From positions 24,552,001-24,616,000 of the forward strand of contig NC_043008.1 of the NCBI RefSeq assembly GCF_006345805.1: 64,000 bases of DNA, given 5' to 3'. Each line of letters opens with the position of its first letter. The first letter of the stretch is position 1. The notes beneath the pieces are model-generated. The model saw nothing but the letters and a program-made list of their open reading frames with translations. It had not been told where the DNA came from and ran no database searches. Made by a program: the position numbers and the translations under genes. This document shows positions 1 to 13,841 of this stretch, piece after piece. The DNA comes from Octopus sinensis (taxonomy: Eukaryota).

Positions 1-19
1 TCTGTTATTTACACTGCGT

Positions 20-480
20 TCCCTTTTTGTTTGTTTGTGCGCATGTGTGTGTGTGCCTATACATGCATGTATGTATGTGTGTGTTTGCATGTGTATGTAT
101 GTATATATATGTGTGTGTATGCATATGTATATATGTATGTATGTGTGTGCATCTGTATGTGCGTTTCCTGCATATTTATGTGCTTGCATGTCCGTGTTTG
201 TGTATTTTCAATGTATGTGTGTGTGAGCATGTGTGCGCACCTCTGTCTCCTTGTGTGTGCATGTTTGTATGTGCGTGTTATGCAACTATGTACCATGTTT
301 GTATGCATGGATGTGCATCTTTATATATGTGGATCCGTGTCTCCATATGTATCTGTTCCTGTAACCTACGTACCTATCCGTCTGTATGTTGATCTGTTTA
401 TTTTCATATCTATATGCTTACATACAGAAAAAAGGTGCATACACACACACTCACACCCCCCACACACATACAAACATTTA
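20..480. repeat. Degenerate (TG/TA/CA)n microsatellite
   Basis: Mixed dinucleotide repeats; the overlapping ORFs are CV/YI/HT low-complexity artefacts. Confidence 0.9.
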
Positions 481-544
481 TCTACCTGACAGTCCACTAA
501 CTATTCTACTCTACCTGTGTAAACTGTGGGTATGGAGGTATGGT

Positions 545-1060
545 ATCTACTATGTATATTTCCTATTTAGTATTGGGGAGGTTTCATTTATAAGGACGTT
601 TTCCTGTATTTGTCTGAGTGTTGGATCTTTTGGGTGCTTGGATAAGATGCGGATGTCAAGTTGACCCAAGTTACCTCCATGGTGGTCTTTGGCATGTTGG
701 TAGAGTATGGAGGACTGTTTTCTGTCGTCATATTGTCTTAGATGTTCATTTATTCCTTCTATGCATCTTATGCTGTAAACTACATTTCAAGTTCTACAGT
801 TAATACCAGGGCTAATCTTACATTCCATGCAGTTATCACTGGTGCACATGGTATTCTTAAAGGTGTACGTCCTACATAGTTGTGATCTGACAGAGTTCCC
901 TAATTTTCAACAATTTTAATGTTGAGTTTGGTCTCCTTCAGAGCTTTTCTAAATCTACGGTCTAGCTCTCCATGGGCTGTGGCCTCTACAAACATCACTC
1001 CTTGATATTTGTCGGTTTTATACCACGTGTTCACCCTGCTTGCTTTGTCACAAGTTCTTT
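545..1060 (-). mobile_element. Penelope-like element remnant, C-terminal/GIY-YIG region
   Basis: Minus strand translates (1 frameshift, stops) as WYKTDKYQGVMFVEATAHGELDRRFRKALKETKLNIKIVE..CTSDNCMEC..NCRT*NVVYSIRC..ILYQHAKDHH..RQIQENVLINETSPILNRK, a PLE-type Cys/His endonuclease region. The YIG segment appears deleted. Confidence 0.75.
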
Positions 1061-1525
1061 GTATTCTATTCTATTCTTTGTTTCTATATCTAGAGAGGGA
1101 GAGAGAGAGAGAGAGAGAGAGGGAGTAAAAGAGAATGTGAAAGAGCGAGAGAGAAAGAGAGTGAAAGAGACAGTGAGTGCTGATGGCGTTCGTTTTGTGT
1201 TTTTAAATGTTTACCACATCGCAAGAGAAGTAGATACACAGATACATATATATATTGTTAAATCAAAAGCGGGAGAGAAGAGGGACACAAAGGAAGTGAA
1301 AGAGACAGTAGATACATAAATTCAACGAAATGTTTCTACATAGATACAGAGACACAGCAAATATTGGCTGTCAATTTCATTTTTCATTACCTCACGAGGA
1401 TAAAATTAACTCAGAAATGGCTCAGTACTTCACAAACATAACATCAACGTAGTTTTCAATGAGATTCAGCCTCACACAGAATATGAAAAGGCTGGCCCCT
1501 CTGAATTACAGCTACAACTCGAGAC

Positions 1526-1580
<55 letters not shown>

Positions 1581-1582
1581 TA

Positions 1583-2175
1583 GGTGGATTCCCTTTGCGG
1601 ATCTATTTCTAGCGTTAGAGAGACTACATGTGGTCTCTCTCTTATTACTTGTATTAATAATTTTTACTGTATCACAGTTTTTTTACGCTAGGCCACTTGG
1701 TGTTTTAAATTGATGTTATTAATTAATATTCAATTTTTTTCACCCTTATTGTGAGTTTAATTATAAATTAATATGTTCTCAAACCGGCAGTAAATTACTG
1801 GGGTAGTATTTACATCCGGTATTTCCAACGCGCCAGGAGTGAGGATATTTGAATGCAACTGCAAATGTAATCGGCTGTGCCGTTCGCCTTTGCTCGGCTT
1901 CGTATGGATTTTGGTGTTCGATCCAGCAAATTATATTTTTGATATACTCTACTGAGGATTCGAAAATGATTATGTAAGTAAAATTAAACAATCTATTAAC
2001 AATGAAACAATTGTATAGAGTTAATCTATTTTTTCGTTATTTTTGATTTGTCCTGCCCGCTTACATTCTTGGTGAGTTGAATTAATGCTTGAGAACAATT
2101 CTTTAGTGGTAGATTCCCTTTGCGGATCTATTTCTAGCGTTAGAGTGACCACATGTGGTCTCTCTCTTATTATTG
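1583..2175 (+). mobile_element. Internally deleted PLE-like element with direct terminal repeats (family B)
   Basis: GATTCCCTTTGCGGATCTATTTCTAGCGTTAGAG..GTGGTCTCTCTCTTATTA occurs at ~1587-1646 and ~2112-2171, flanking a degenerate reading frame. Both outer ends abut (TA)n. Confidence 0.55.
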
Positions 2176-2178
2176 TAT

Positions 2179-2246
<68 letters not shown>

Positions 2247-2399
2247 TGTGTGTGTGTGTTGTGTGTGTGTGTGTGTGTGCGTGTGTGTGTATAGTGTATA
2301 GTATAGGTTAGTTAAAACATGTTTGCAATAAATGTCGTGTGGTGGAAATAAACGCAATTACCAAACTTTGATTCATAAAACCATTAATTATTTCGCTCG

Positions 2400-3103
2400 T
2401 TTGCATTTAAATTTGTACATATGTACCCAGAAATTTTCAACAACTGCACACCAGAAGAAATGGAAAAACGAGTAATTTTATCTCCTTAAAATTCTGACTG
2501 TCTTGCAATAAATGAAAAAGTTCTTAATATCATAGTAGACGTAGTTAAAACGTACTTAAGCGCAGATCCAATGTCCTGCAATAATGAAGAGGAAGTTCAG
2601 AACTATCCATTTGACTTCATACACTCACTCACACCATCCGTTATGCCTCCGCATCACCTCAACTTAAAACTTGTAATGTTGCTAAGAAATCTTTCGAAGG
2701 CGCAAAGATTTCGCGAACATTGTGTAGAGGCATCATTGGTAACAGGCTCCAACAGAGGTCGTACAGTTCTAATTCCCAGAATTAAACTTAGCCCTAGTGA
2801 TGCAAATATTCCATTTACACTAAACAGACTTCAGTTTCCACTTCGACTTGCATATTCAATGACAATTAATAAGGCTCAAGGGCAAACCTTTGAAAAAGTT
2901 GGAATACATTTGCCCAACCGGTATTTTCTCATAGCCAATTATATGTCGCCTTCTCAAGAGCACGAGCTTTGAACAATATCACAGTAAGAGTTATGACACT
3001 CAATTGGGATAACAGACAAGGCCAAAAACGTGGTGTGTCATAAACACAAAATATTGTCTACATACACACAATATACTGTGACGAAGACTAGCGCACCAGC
3101 TAG
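2400..3103 (+). mobile_element. Helitron RepHel 3' fragment (PIF1-like helicase C-terminus)
   Basis: ORF 2571-2972: YPFDFIHSLTPSVMPPHHLNLK..VMLLRNL..RLQFPLRLAYSMTINKAQGQTFEKVGI; the other frame gives FSHSQLYVAFSR. Imperfect hairpin GTGaCG..CGCAC followed by CTAG at 3100-3103. Confidence 0.9.
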
Positions 3104-3559
3104 CATCACCATCACACCAGCCGCTCCTTCATTACACATCCACATCACACCTTTAAGATCTATCTCTTTATTACCAATAAGGGGCTATACAAAGAACAGA
3201 ACAAATACAAAACAGACAAACATAAACTCGGGGAACTTAAAATTATTAAAAGAAGATGAAATAAGAAGAGAAAAATTACATCTTTAAGATCGGGGGACCA
3301 GTTAGGGGCCCACTGGATCTCTCTCGGCATACCAGCAAACTACAAAATCGCCCTAGCCAGCATCACTACTACCTCCAAGCCCGTCATAAGTAGTTCTTCC
3401 TATGACCTTAAACGATACTAGCACAATCACACACATACATAAACAGCCACAACCACATACACATAAATGCACACACATAGTGCTATCATTGAACACACAC
3501 ACACACACATACACACACAACACACACACAGACCTACGCGCATGCACATACCCACACAT

Positions 3560-3830
3560 ACCTCCTTCTCTTGCACTCTCCTGTCTTTGGAAGAACTTTT
3601 CCTTCACCCATTCGGCTCCGGTAATTTCAATATGTGACCAAGTGTGTATCGTTGGCGATTTTCTTTCTCCGTCTTCCCTTCTTTAGACTTTTTCTATATT
3701 TCTGGTGAAGGGCGCCGCTTGAAACGTGAAATCCTCTTTATTTTCTATCCTTTTCTGAGCGTCCAATAGCACTGTACTTATTCCACCTCCTCGCGTTGCT
3801 GTTTTTTCTTGCTTGTTGATGTTTGGATTG
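3560..3830 (+). mobile_element. PLE-type terminal repeat with degenerate minimal hammerhead (3698-3732)
   Basis: attt-CTGGTGA-agggc/gctt-GAAA-cgt-G-aaat: stem I and GAAA are intact, but the core (A6>G) and cleavage site (GUG) are mutated. The tail (ttccac.tcctcgcgttg..) recurs at ~59645-59710. Confidence 0.55.
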
Positions 3831-3831
3831 A

Positions 3832-3894
<63 letters not shown>

Positions 3895-3904
<10 letters not shown>

Positions 3905-4335
3905 AATTAAGGACTGAACACGAAAAGGTGGACAGTCAACATGCTAGATATAGACGTCAAATCGCCATTCTCCACAAAGATTTTGTTCTCAAATAAAAAT
4001 AAAATTCAGCACGACCTAAAGCAATGGATGAGACAAAAGAAAAATACTAAATGGAATAATTACCTACGTAGGTAATTATTCCATTTAGTATTTTTCTTTT
4101 GTCTCATCCATTGCTTTAGGTCGTGCTGAATTTTATTTTTATTTGAGAACAAAATCTTTGTGGAGAATGGCGATTTGACGTCTATATCTAGCATGTTGAC
4201 TGTCCACCTTTTCGTGTTCAGTCCTTAATTGGTATATATAAATATTTTAATCTTCGGATTCTTTTTAATGTGCTAGACCACTGGTTTTAATTGACTAATA
4301 TCAATTTCTACCCTTAATTTTTAAATATATATATA
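3895..4335. repeat. Perfect 346-bp palindrome (3895-4240) plus ~90-bp tail, embedded in (TA)n (family A, copy 1)
   Basis: Base-by-base comparison: the arms are exact reverse complements, with the centre between 4067 and 4068 (TACCTAC|GTAGGTA) and no spacer. Confidence 0.97.
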
Positions 4336-4344
4336 TATATAAGT

Positions 4345-5350
4345 TCTATAAACATTTAGATTCCGATGAATATGGTATTTAAGTTGAAGGCACCAGAATT
4401 TAGTATGGTAGTATCCATACAATTTGAAATAAGGTGATTATAATCAAAATAAGCAACAAGGATATGCAGAGGTAATGCAGTACGATCGTTTCATGCGGCT
4501 CCATTTAATTGAACAATGCAAACATTACATCAATTTAAAATGTAGAACAATTTTCAGCTGCACAAAAATATAGGATTTCATTAAATTCGAAGAACTCATT
4601 AGTATAATTTTATCCAAAACCTTCAAGAGGATAAGGAGATAGACAAAGAACATGTTTTACAAATAACATCACTGTTGTAATTGAAATTTAGCTGTTTCTT
4701 GGAAATTGTGCCCTCTTGTTTTTGAAATTTGTATGACAAGCGTTGTTAGTTGAGTCACTGTGAATGTAGAAGAGCATAAGCTGGAAACTGATTATATTTA
4801 CTTTGAAAACCTACTGTTTCTGCCCGATTTCCGAGCTCCCATTTTATAATTTTCTTTTTAAAAAAAGGCACCTTTTATATATACTAAGTTATATTTTTCA
4901 TCAAAATTTTAGGGAAATATTGACGTGTCTTAAATGAAAGTTAGGTAGAATAATTTTCCGGAATTTCTTGTTTAACTCGTTCTAGTTTTGTTGTAGTGTG
5001 TCTGCATTACTTTATAATGCTCATATCGTTGTTGGTATGTTGCCTGGTATGCGGTAATGTATATTTTCGTCGTAAATATTAGATTGCTTTACTTTTCCCT
5101 CTGTATCTGAGTACACATCACTTTCTGCTTGAATAAATAGTGAATATATGTGTTTCATTTTCGAAGCTAATCGTACTTTGTCATCTGATATTTCTTCCTT
5201 ATGCGCACCATCTTCCTACAAATCTATTTGCTTTTATATGCTATAGCAATAGCAAATAAGGATATCAAGTAAATTATGAAGTTATGAATTTTTTAGTTCA
5301 TAAACCAGATCCACTTATTGCAATCTTGTTTCAGCAGAGTAGTAAATACA
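4345..5350 (-). mobile_element. Old PLE remnant ending in a degenerate hammerhead (4475-4563)
   Basis: Minus strand gtgcag-CTGAAAA...GAAA-CGATCG-TA-ctgcat (stem I, palindromic loop III, GUA site; core and stem II damaged). Upstream frames give weak PLE-like C-terminal motifs (RFWIKL). Confidence 0.5.
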
Positions 5351-5590
5351 TATATGGACTCCATCAACATATACACGCACGCACACACACACGCATGCAC
5401 ACGCACACGTACACCCACACACATATACACACAGACGCATGCACGCACACGCGCACACACACACAAACGCATGCTCATACACACCCACTTAAACGCGTGC
5501 GCGTACATACGTGATTAAATACATTTATGCGTATGCTAATCACGTCTGTGTGTATTTGTGAGTGTATGTGAATGTCTCTATCTATCTATC

Positions 5591-5649
<59 letters not shown>

Positions 5650-6231
5650 TGTATTTGTGTGCATGTGTGTGTGTGAGTATTTGTGTGCATGTGTGTGTGT
5701 GAGTGTTTGTGTGCATGTGTGTATATATGCATGTACATATATCTATATATATATATTTATATATATAAATACACACACATATATATACGTGTAGTGTGTT
5801 TTGTACATCATGCATTTCCTTTTATATATACACCTAAATCTAACTGCAACATTTTCTATTTTGTTTTCTCCACAGGCTATAATATTAGCAGAAGGGAGAG
5901 TTTATTGGTTATATAAAACGTATATTAAATATACGAAAAAGATGAGAAACATATCAAGGCTCACACTCAAATAACAACGCTATAATGAGAAACGGTAAAT
6001 TATAGAAATTATATTATGAAACAATTTAGTGAATATAATCTGAAACAATTTAGTGAATAAGAGCCTTTAAGGAAGAGTAATACTTTGATATCCAAAAACA
6101 AAATCGAACACACACACACGTTTATATATTATTTAGTTAGGACGCAAGAAATGGTTAGGTATGACAATATAGAGATTGCTGTAAGGTAAACAACATTGAA
6201 GACATCAAATGCTGGCACGATACTGTAGATA

Positions 6232-6545
6232 TGTTATTGTTCTTGTTTGTTCCTTCTCGAGCCATACCTGACTCATAAGGGCCGGTTTCCTGGTTTCATT
6301 GGTGTATAATTCCCCACCTGGATGGGAAGCCAGTCCGTCGCAGGTGAGCTGCTAGATGCAGAAGGAAAGAGTGAGAGAAAGTTGTGGCGAAAGAATCAGA
6401 AGAAGTATGCTATTACCTTCTCCCGGAGTCGCGTGGAGCTTAGGTGTTTCGTTCATAAACACACATCGCCCGGTCTGAGATTCGAACCCACGATCCCTCG
6501 ACCGCGAGTCCGCTGCCCTTACCACTAGGGCATATGCCTCCACAC
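6232..6545 (-). mobile_element. tRNA(Arg)-derived SINE (octopus OR-type)
   Basis: Head GTGGAGGCATATGCCCTAGTGGTAAGGGCAGCGGACTCGCGGTCGAGGGATCGTGGGTTCGAATC has A box, B box and a TCG anticodon-like loop, followed by a non-tRNA body and a (AAC/AAG)-like tail. Confidence 0.85.
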
Positions 6546-7094
6546 TGTAGATATACAAGTACCAAATCCGATTTATACCGTAGGTCCGATTCTGTGGCTG
6601 GACCTTGCTGTCCGAAGGTATAAAAAGTAAAAACAAATGACATTCCATATTTACGACAGCTGTATCAGTAGAATTTTTTCAAAGCACTCATAGAAGATTG
6701 CATATGATCCACTATCATCATTTACATTCTAAACAAGAAAGACTTCACACAAGTGAGATTTCTTACATCGATCTAGAGAAATCCAATGTGAATTGGAACC
6801 GTGGTTCATTTAAACTTAACGTTCGAAAATAGGGGAGGATTAGGTGCCGCTTAAAACGGACAAAAGAGAAACTAAGAGATCACACAACCATGCAATTTAA
6901 AACTACTTATCAAAATTAGTTTACGATTAACACTGGCGCCTGAATAATGTATCAATAGTATGACTATATGTCAGTGTGTGTGTGTGTGTTTGAATGTGTG
7001 TGTATGCGAATACGTATGCGTTAATGCCCGTGTGTGTGTCAGCATACGTGTTTAAGATGTATGTATGGATGTGTGTGTGCGTATAGACGATTGG

Positions 7095-7650
7095 TAAATG
7101 TATGTACAGTGGGGTGAACTGCTTGAAGCTTCTCTCAATGTACACAGTTTCCTCATTGGGCTTCTTGTGTGGATAATACTTGCCTGTTTCAGTTACGTCT
7201 AGGAAGTCGACGGTGGTCTAGTTGGTGGTAACTATTAGGAACAGAGCAGTTGCTTTAAATATTTTTTATCAGCTCCTTCCTAAAGATTTTCATGGCGTGG
7301 CCCTTCAACTGGTTTGATATTTCCAGGCTGTCGTCCCTGTAAAGGGGTGACCTGTGTAAGTATGTGCGTTTCTTGACGGTATCCAAGATATGCAACCCGA
7401 TGAGGTCGGCGATTTCAGACCCATTGCAGCACCCTATAGATATGTCGGACACATTGGATCGCCTTCTTTCTTCGCGCAGAAGGATCGTCGCGAACCAGGA
7501 TTAATTTTCTGACATTCATGATACTGACATAGAGGATGCTTGTATTCGTGAGTTGCCTTGCGAAATCCAGAACCTTCAAGAGGAATTTCAATATGTACAT
7601 CAGGAGATTGTCAGTAAGCGCAATCTTGTTACTCGACTCCTGATAGTTGC
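7095..7650 (-). mobile_element. Penelope-like reverse transcriptase fragment
   Basis: LLKVLDFARQLT..RKLIL..GCCNGSEIADLIGLHILD..LYRDDSL..VDFLDVT.ETGKYYPHKKPNE: PLE RT motifs including YRDD. Confidence 0.88.
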
Positions 7651-8502
7651 TATAATGTCCAATTGATGTTTTTACCTGATGCGTAAACATGATGTGTTTC
7701 ACTGCTCAAATTCAATGGTACGAGCACCTGAGAAATATAGAAATGCATTAGTGCCATAACAGAAGAGTTACCCAACTTTACAGACTGACATTATCTGTTT
7801 CCCATATTCTTTAAAATATTAAGTAATTCATCGGAAACCACAGTGCTACACTCGATACCTATGTTTATTTGAGTAGCAATGCTTGTGTTTTACATGTAAT
7901 TTTAAAGATTAAGCTGGATATTGTTAATATACTAACTAAATGGAGTAAATGCATATCGTCCAGTGTTATGAACGGAACGTTACTGTTTGCGTGAAAAGCC
8001 TCTTAATCTGTTATTTGTAAAAAGAAGTTTGTGCAGAGTAGTATGTCTATGGTTTTACTAGGAATATATTATTTTATGAAAAGATAAATATTACAATGTA
8101 TATGACTCAAATACAGACGATAACGTATCGTTCCAACAACTATGAAGCGCAAGGGAAAAGATAAGTATTAAACAATATTAACGTAATTTATCATACCACG
8201 AAATACATGCAGTAGTGAACGGACAGAACCAAAAGTGTATTTTCAGTAATATCGGTAATTGTGTGATACATAATCAAGTACAACCTAAACACTAGATAAA
8301 TTCGTATTTGAGTTACTAAAACTGACATTGCAGAGTTCTTCGCTTTGAAACCAAAAGAGTTTTACATTGATGGGATTAAAAAGCTTGTAAATAAATATAT
8401 GGGAGGAAGTCCAATTAAATATAACATTTGATCACTTGTTTTCTTTATTCAAAATTCGGACAGAACTTATGGGATGACCTGATAACTGTCTGAATTGGCA
8501 CG

Positions 8503-8780
8503 TTTATATGTTTTCTGCAAATCCAGTTTTGGGAAGAATTCTAATGCTGTCCCGCAATGGTTGACATGGATGTATCTTTTTTTCCTTACAAGCAGGTCAC
8601 ACCAGTTTAACTAACATCACGGAAACGTGATTAAATGTTGTCTAGTTTTCAAATGAAAATAATAAGTTTGCAACATTTTCAAATGAAAATATTTCCTCCG
8701 TATATTCAAAAATATTTGTTAATAGTTCGTGAAGATAAGTAATACAGAATTCTGAGACACAAAACTAGAAAAAAGCTTCG

Positions 8781-8823
<43 letters not shown>

Positions 8824-9577
8824 GAGTAATTCAAAGGTGAGTAACAGAAATAAATTGATTAGTTTTATTATATTAGTCTCCACAAGAAATTATTTCAAAA
8901 TATCCATAAACTGAAGATGAAAAGATATAGTGTCATTCAGAATATTGCCGAATATCTAGTTGCTTTTATTTCAATCACTTGTATCTATAGAGAACAATTT
9001 CTTTACTGGGTTAATGCTTGTAAATATATATATATATATATATATCTATATATATAATATATAATATATATATATATATTATATATATATATATATGCAT
9101 ATATACGTATGCACGCACACACACACATTATGTCAGTGCATATTTGAGTGTGTGCGTGTGCCAAGATTTATTGGTTCATCAAGGTCTTCATTTTTCATAT
9201 TTTCGAATGAGCAGTAAAATTCTCCCCACTCTCAGTAAGTAGCTACCTCTTCCTAGTAGGGAGATCAAGATATGATTCATGATTGTGTTTTCGAAACAGA
9301 AAGTTGGAAAGCCAGTACGTAAGAGCAGGTTAGATAAATAATTTTTAGAAATTTAGAACATAAAGCGTTTAAATGTTTAGTAAAAGGATAAGCTGTTGTG
9401 TTGAGAAGTCACAGACTTGTCCCCCATGAGCCTGCAGGAAATTGCAACACATCGTTTCCGTGATGTTAGTTAAACTGGTGTGACCTGCTTGTAAGGAAAA
9501 AAATATACATCCATGTCAACCATTGCGGGACAGCATTAGAATTCTTCCCAAAACTGGATTTACAGAAAACATGTAAA
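8503..9577. repeat. 125-bp inverted repeat pair (8503-8627 / 9453-9577) around an 825-bp spacer
   Basis: The arms are reverse complements with 3 mismatches in 125 bp. Confidence 0.92.
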
Positions 9578-11688
9578 TTGTTCCCGATTTACAACGGAGT
9601 TACTTTCATTCTCATAAAAGCTTATAGACAGTACGTATTGAGGAAATCACTCGAGTAAGAGTGGTAGATTGAAGGATGAAAATATCAATTAAAGTTGATG
9701 TATAAATGTAACTGTCCAAGTTCAAATTGCAGTGGTAACTTTTACACCAATCACATGGGGCCTGTGTAACAATACCGAGCCATTCAGAGTGAGATAGAGA
9801 AGATCAAGAAACATTAGAGATTTGCGAAAATTGCTGGTGAACAAACAGCATTAATATTTTTCTGTTACCCCCTCTTTCGAATTGTATATGCATACATTAA
9901 ATCTAGGTCATCAAGTGGCCTCATAGTGACTCAGTTTAAATGCGGCTTCGTAAATAACTTCTCATTTTCCGATAGATAAAACTTGTTCTTTTTCTAAACA
10001 TTTGCATGTTTCACTGACTAAATTCTATAATTTATTTATCTAATCTGCAACTATATCTTAGCTCTCCAGCTGTCTGCTTCGGAAACGCAAACTTGAATTT
10101 CCGCTCTCCTCTTCCTTTCCCTCCCACACACAGAATCATACACTACCATCGTATACACACACCATCCCTCTATCCGTTAGAAACCCACCCTCTTTCATCT
10201 ATTACAAGTGAATCCCTTCATCAAATCCTACTCGAACACAGACATGGAGCTTACACAACTCAACCTTTTATAAGCACATATACACACGGTCATAGACGTA
10301 CAGTCTCTTATCATCTTGTCCTTTCAGGAACACAGATTTCACGGCTTAGGAAAAAGATTTGTTCCATTACTTTCGCACTCCTAGTCGCTTTTTTTTTTCA
10401 TACGTCACTTAACTGTTTGATCTGTTGCGCACAGAAACACATTCTTTAGCTATATCTCATTATTTACTTTAAATTTTCTCCCCCAAAGAATTCTTGTGCT
10501 CGTCTATATTTTGGAGTTTTGGAGTCATATGTTTTTCGCCATCTACTTGAACTTTTATCACCTTGAACTTTTTTTTATCTGAATAATCTTCTTCGCTCTT
10601 GATTGATTCTCACACAAACATACAATTCCATAATACATTTTGTATTACACACTCATCTCACGTACATGCAAATAATACCCTTCTCGCTGCACATACTCTC
10701 AACTACTCCATAACATTTTTGCAACACTTTAAATTACATACACACGTGCAAATGCTAACAGCTTGCCCACACACTTCTACCTGGCAAATTATACACACAA
10801 CACCCTCCCGCCACGCCCTAATGATCAATGATCTCAAATTTACATACTAATCTAAGTATAAACAGACATACTGCCCATTAAGCAAACGCCTACGTCACTC
10901 TGCAAAGTATTTTTAAACAATTAATTTACTGATAAATATTAACGAGTTTAATAACTTATGCTCTATGGTATTCCGAACTTTTAATATAGCAATGATATTT
11001 CACTCGTCGATGCCATGGGAATTGTGATCTAAAGTAAATATGCAGAATAGAGTAATCAGTTAACTGTATGAGGTATGACACATACAGAACCAAAAGAAGA
11101 TATCAAAACAATACCTTAAGGATTGTATAGAAAGAAATATTTGTACTTTCAAAACTAAAATGTGTTGCTATTTATAAAGGAATCTATTATTATACAGCAA
11201 AAGACTTATACACAAAAATGGTTATATACTCTTTTGACCTGGTCAAAAATTCATGTCACGTGGGAGAGTTTATGTTATTTATTCGTTTATGGATTTGTAA
11301 AATATGATGAGTAATTAACAGATAATAATATAATAAATATGGCGTATATTTGCCGGGAAGATGCGAGATGGTAAATAATACTTAAATTCTGATCTAGTAT
11401 ATATCACCATTGGTTGTTCATAACTCGATATTTTGTTTATTAAATATATTTTGGGTCTCGAATTATAGATTTCAAAGGTAATCAGGATCAATAATGAAAC
11501 AAGTGACGTTGGGTACTTTTTACTAATACAGAAAAAAAATATTGGAATGTATTCAATGTTCAACAGGAAGACGTATTCAAATACTTATATGATCGGCATA
11601 TACAAAATAAGTGCTATTTGAATTAAGTTATATATATAGATATCTTCATATCTATATATAATTTTATCTTCATATATATATTATATAT

Positions 11689-11742
<54 letters not shown>

Positions 11743-11825
11743 GGTCCTGGGTTGATTCGGGGTTAACCACAGTAAATAAGGTACTCAATACATAGCAGAG
11801 TAAAATTAATTTATTATATAGAAGG

Positions 11826-11876
11826 AGCTTCTACAGGACTAGAACGGTTTCATTCAAGAGAAATCTTCAGGAAGCT
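11826..11876 (-). ncRNA. Type I hammerhead ribozyme motif
   Basis: AGCTTC-CTGAAGA-tttc(tctt)gaat-GAAA-ccgttctagtcctg-TA-GAAGCT: 6-bp stem I, intact core, GUA site, weak stems II/III. Confidence 0.7.
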
Positions 11877-12988
11877 AGTTAACAAGAATTGTATTGGCAT
11901 TTATACATTTAGGCAGGTTTAACGGGGTGTTGGTGGGGGACTTTTTGGGGGGTAGGCATAGCGCGAAATATCATACTTGGGGGAGTGGTCAAGGAGTCAG
12001 TGTTAAATTAGATAGAAGAATAAATAAAAAAATAAAATAATAAAAAAATAAAAAAATAAAATAAAAAAATAAAAAAACCTATATATAAAAAAACCTATAT
12101 ATAAAAAAACCTATATATAAAAAAAAAGAAAAAAAAAGGGGGGGATAGAGTTTTAGGTAAATAAGGAGATTCTCACTTATACCTATGCACACATGTATAC
12201 ATACATACACACACATACAAACATATATACATATACATACACACATACATACACACACATATATATACACATATATATACACTTACACATACACATACAT
12301 ATACATATCTACACATACACATATATATGTATACATACACACACTCACATGCATACACGTATACACACATGTATATATACACACACGACCTCACATACAT
12401 ATACGCACAGAAAAATATATATAGACACATACACACACATACTCACATACACGCATACACACACATATCCACACACACACATGCACACACAGCACACTAG
12501 TCCCTATATACACATATATACACATACACACACATATACACACACATACATACATATACATACATGTATATATATACATATGTGTACCTATGCAAACCTA
12601 CACATACACACATATATATACACATACAAATACTGACCCATTTCCTAATTTTAATTTTATTATCTTCGTTTATTACTTTTGTTATCTTTGGCCGCTTGGT
12701 CACAAACATCTTGGCTATGACAGCCAGTCCATTTATCTGTCTACTGGAAAACAAGCACTCATTCACTCACGCACACTCTTTAGCACATACTCTCACTCAT
12801 TCGTACACTCATACACATACACGCACGCACGCGTTATATTCATACATACATCCATCTACATACATTCACGTATATACACATACGTACGCGTACCTACAGA
12901 TTTATGTCTACACTCTTAGAAGGCTAGTCTATATATATACACCAATAAATATAAATACACACACATACATATACACCTACATACAAAT

Positions 12989-13031
<43 letters not shown>

Positions 13032-13421
13032 CATACATATATACACATATATACACACACACACATATACACACACATACGCATACACACACATATACAT
13101 ATATATACACTACACGCACATACACATGTACATGCGTACCCATACACACATACACACACGCGCGCATCCATATATACACATAAGTACACACATGCGTAAA
13201 AGTATACATATATCTATGCTTACACATACACACACACACACGCGTCTCCTTATATTCATATTTACATGCATACTCAAAAAATAAGTAAATAGTAAAATAT
13301 ATATACACGCGCAGTTATTCGTACATGCGTACTCAAAAAATAAATAATAAATATTAAGTATATGTACGTGCAGTTACCTATTATATAGACGGATACATAC
13401 ATATAAACTTACACACACAAC

Positions 13422-13452
<31 letters not shown>

Positions 13453-13793
13453 ATATATATTAGATATATATATATATACATATACATAAATATATGCACA
13501 TACACATACACATACATATATACATACATATATATATATACCACACACACATACACATACATATATACATATATATACATACTTACACACATGTACATAT
13601 AAATACATACATAGATAACTCTACGTACCTACATATGCATAAACACACGAGCGTACGCGCATATGTATGAATATACATATACACAACACATACACACGAA
13701 TATATATATACATACAATACATACATACACATACACACATGTATACACACACACACATATTATATATATATACATATATATATACATACATAT

Positions 13794-13841
<48 letters not shown>

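Noticed and set aside
6470-6545. tRNA-Arg gene (also 60005-60082)
   Set aside because: No complete acceptor stem, and it continues into a SINE body and tail.
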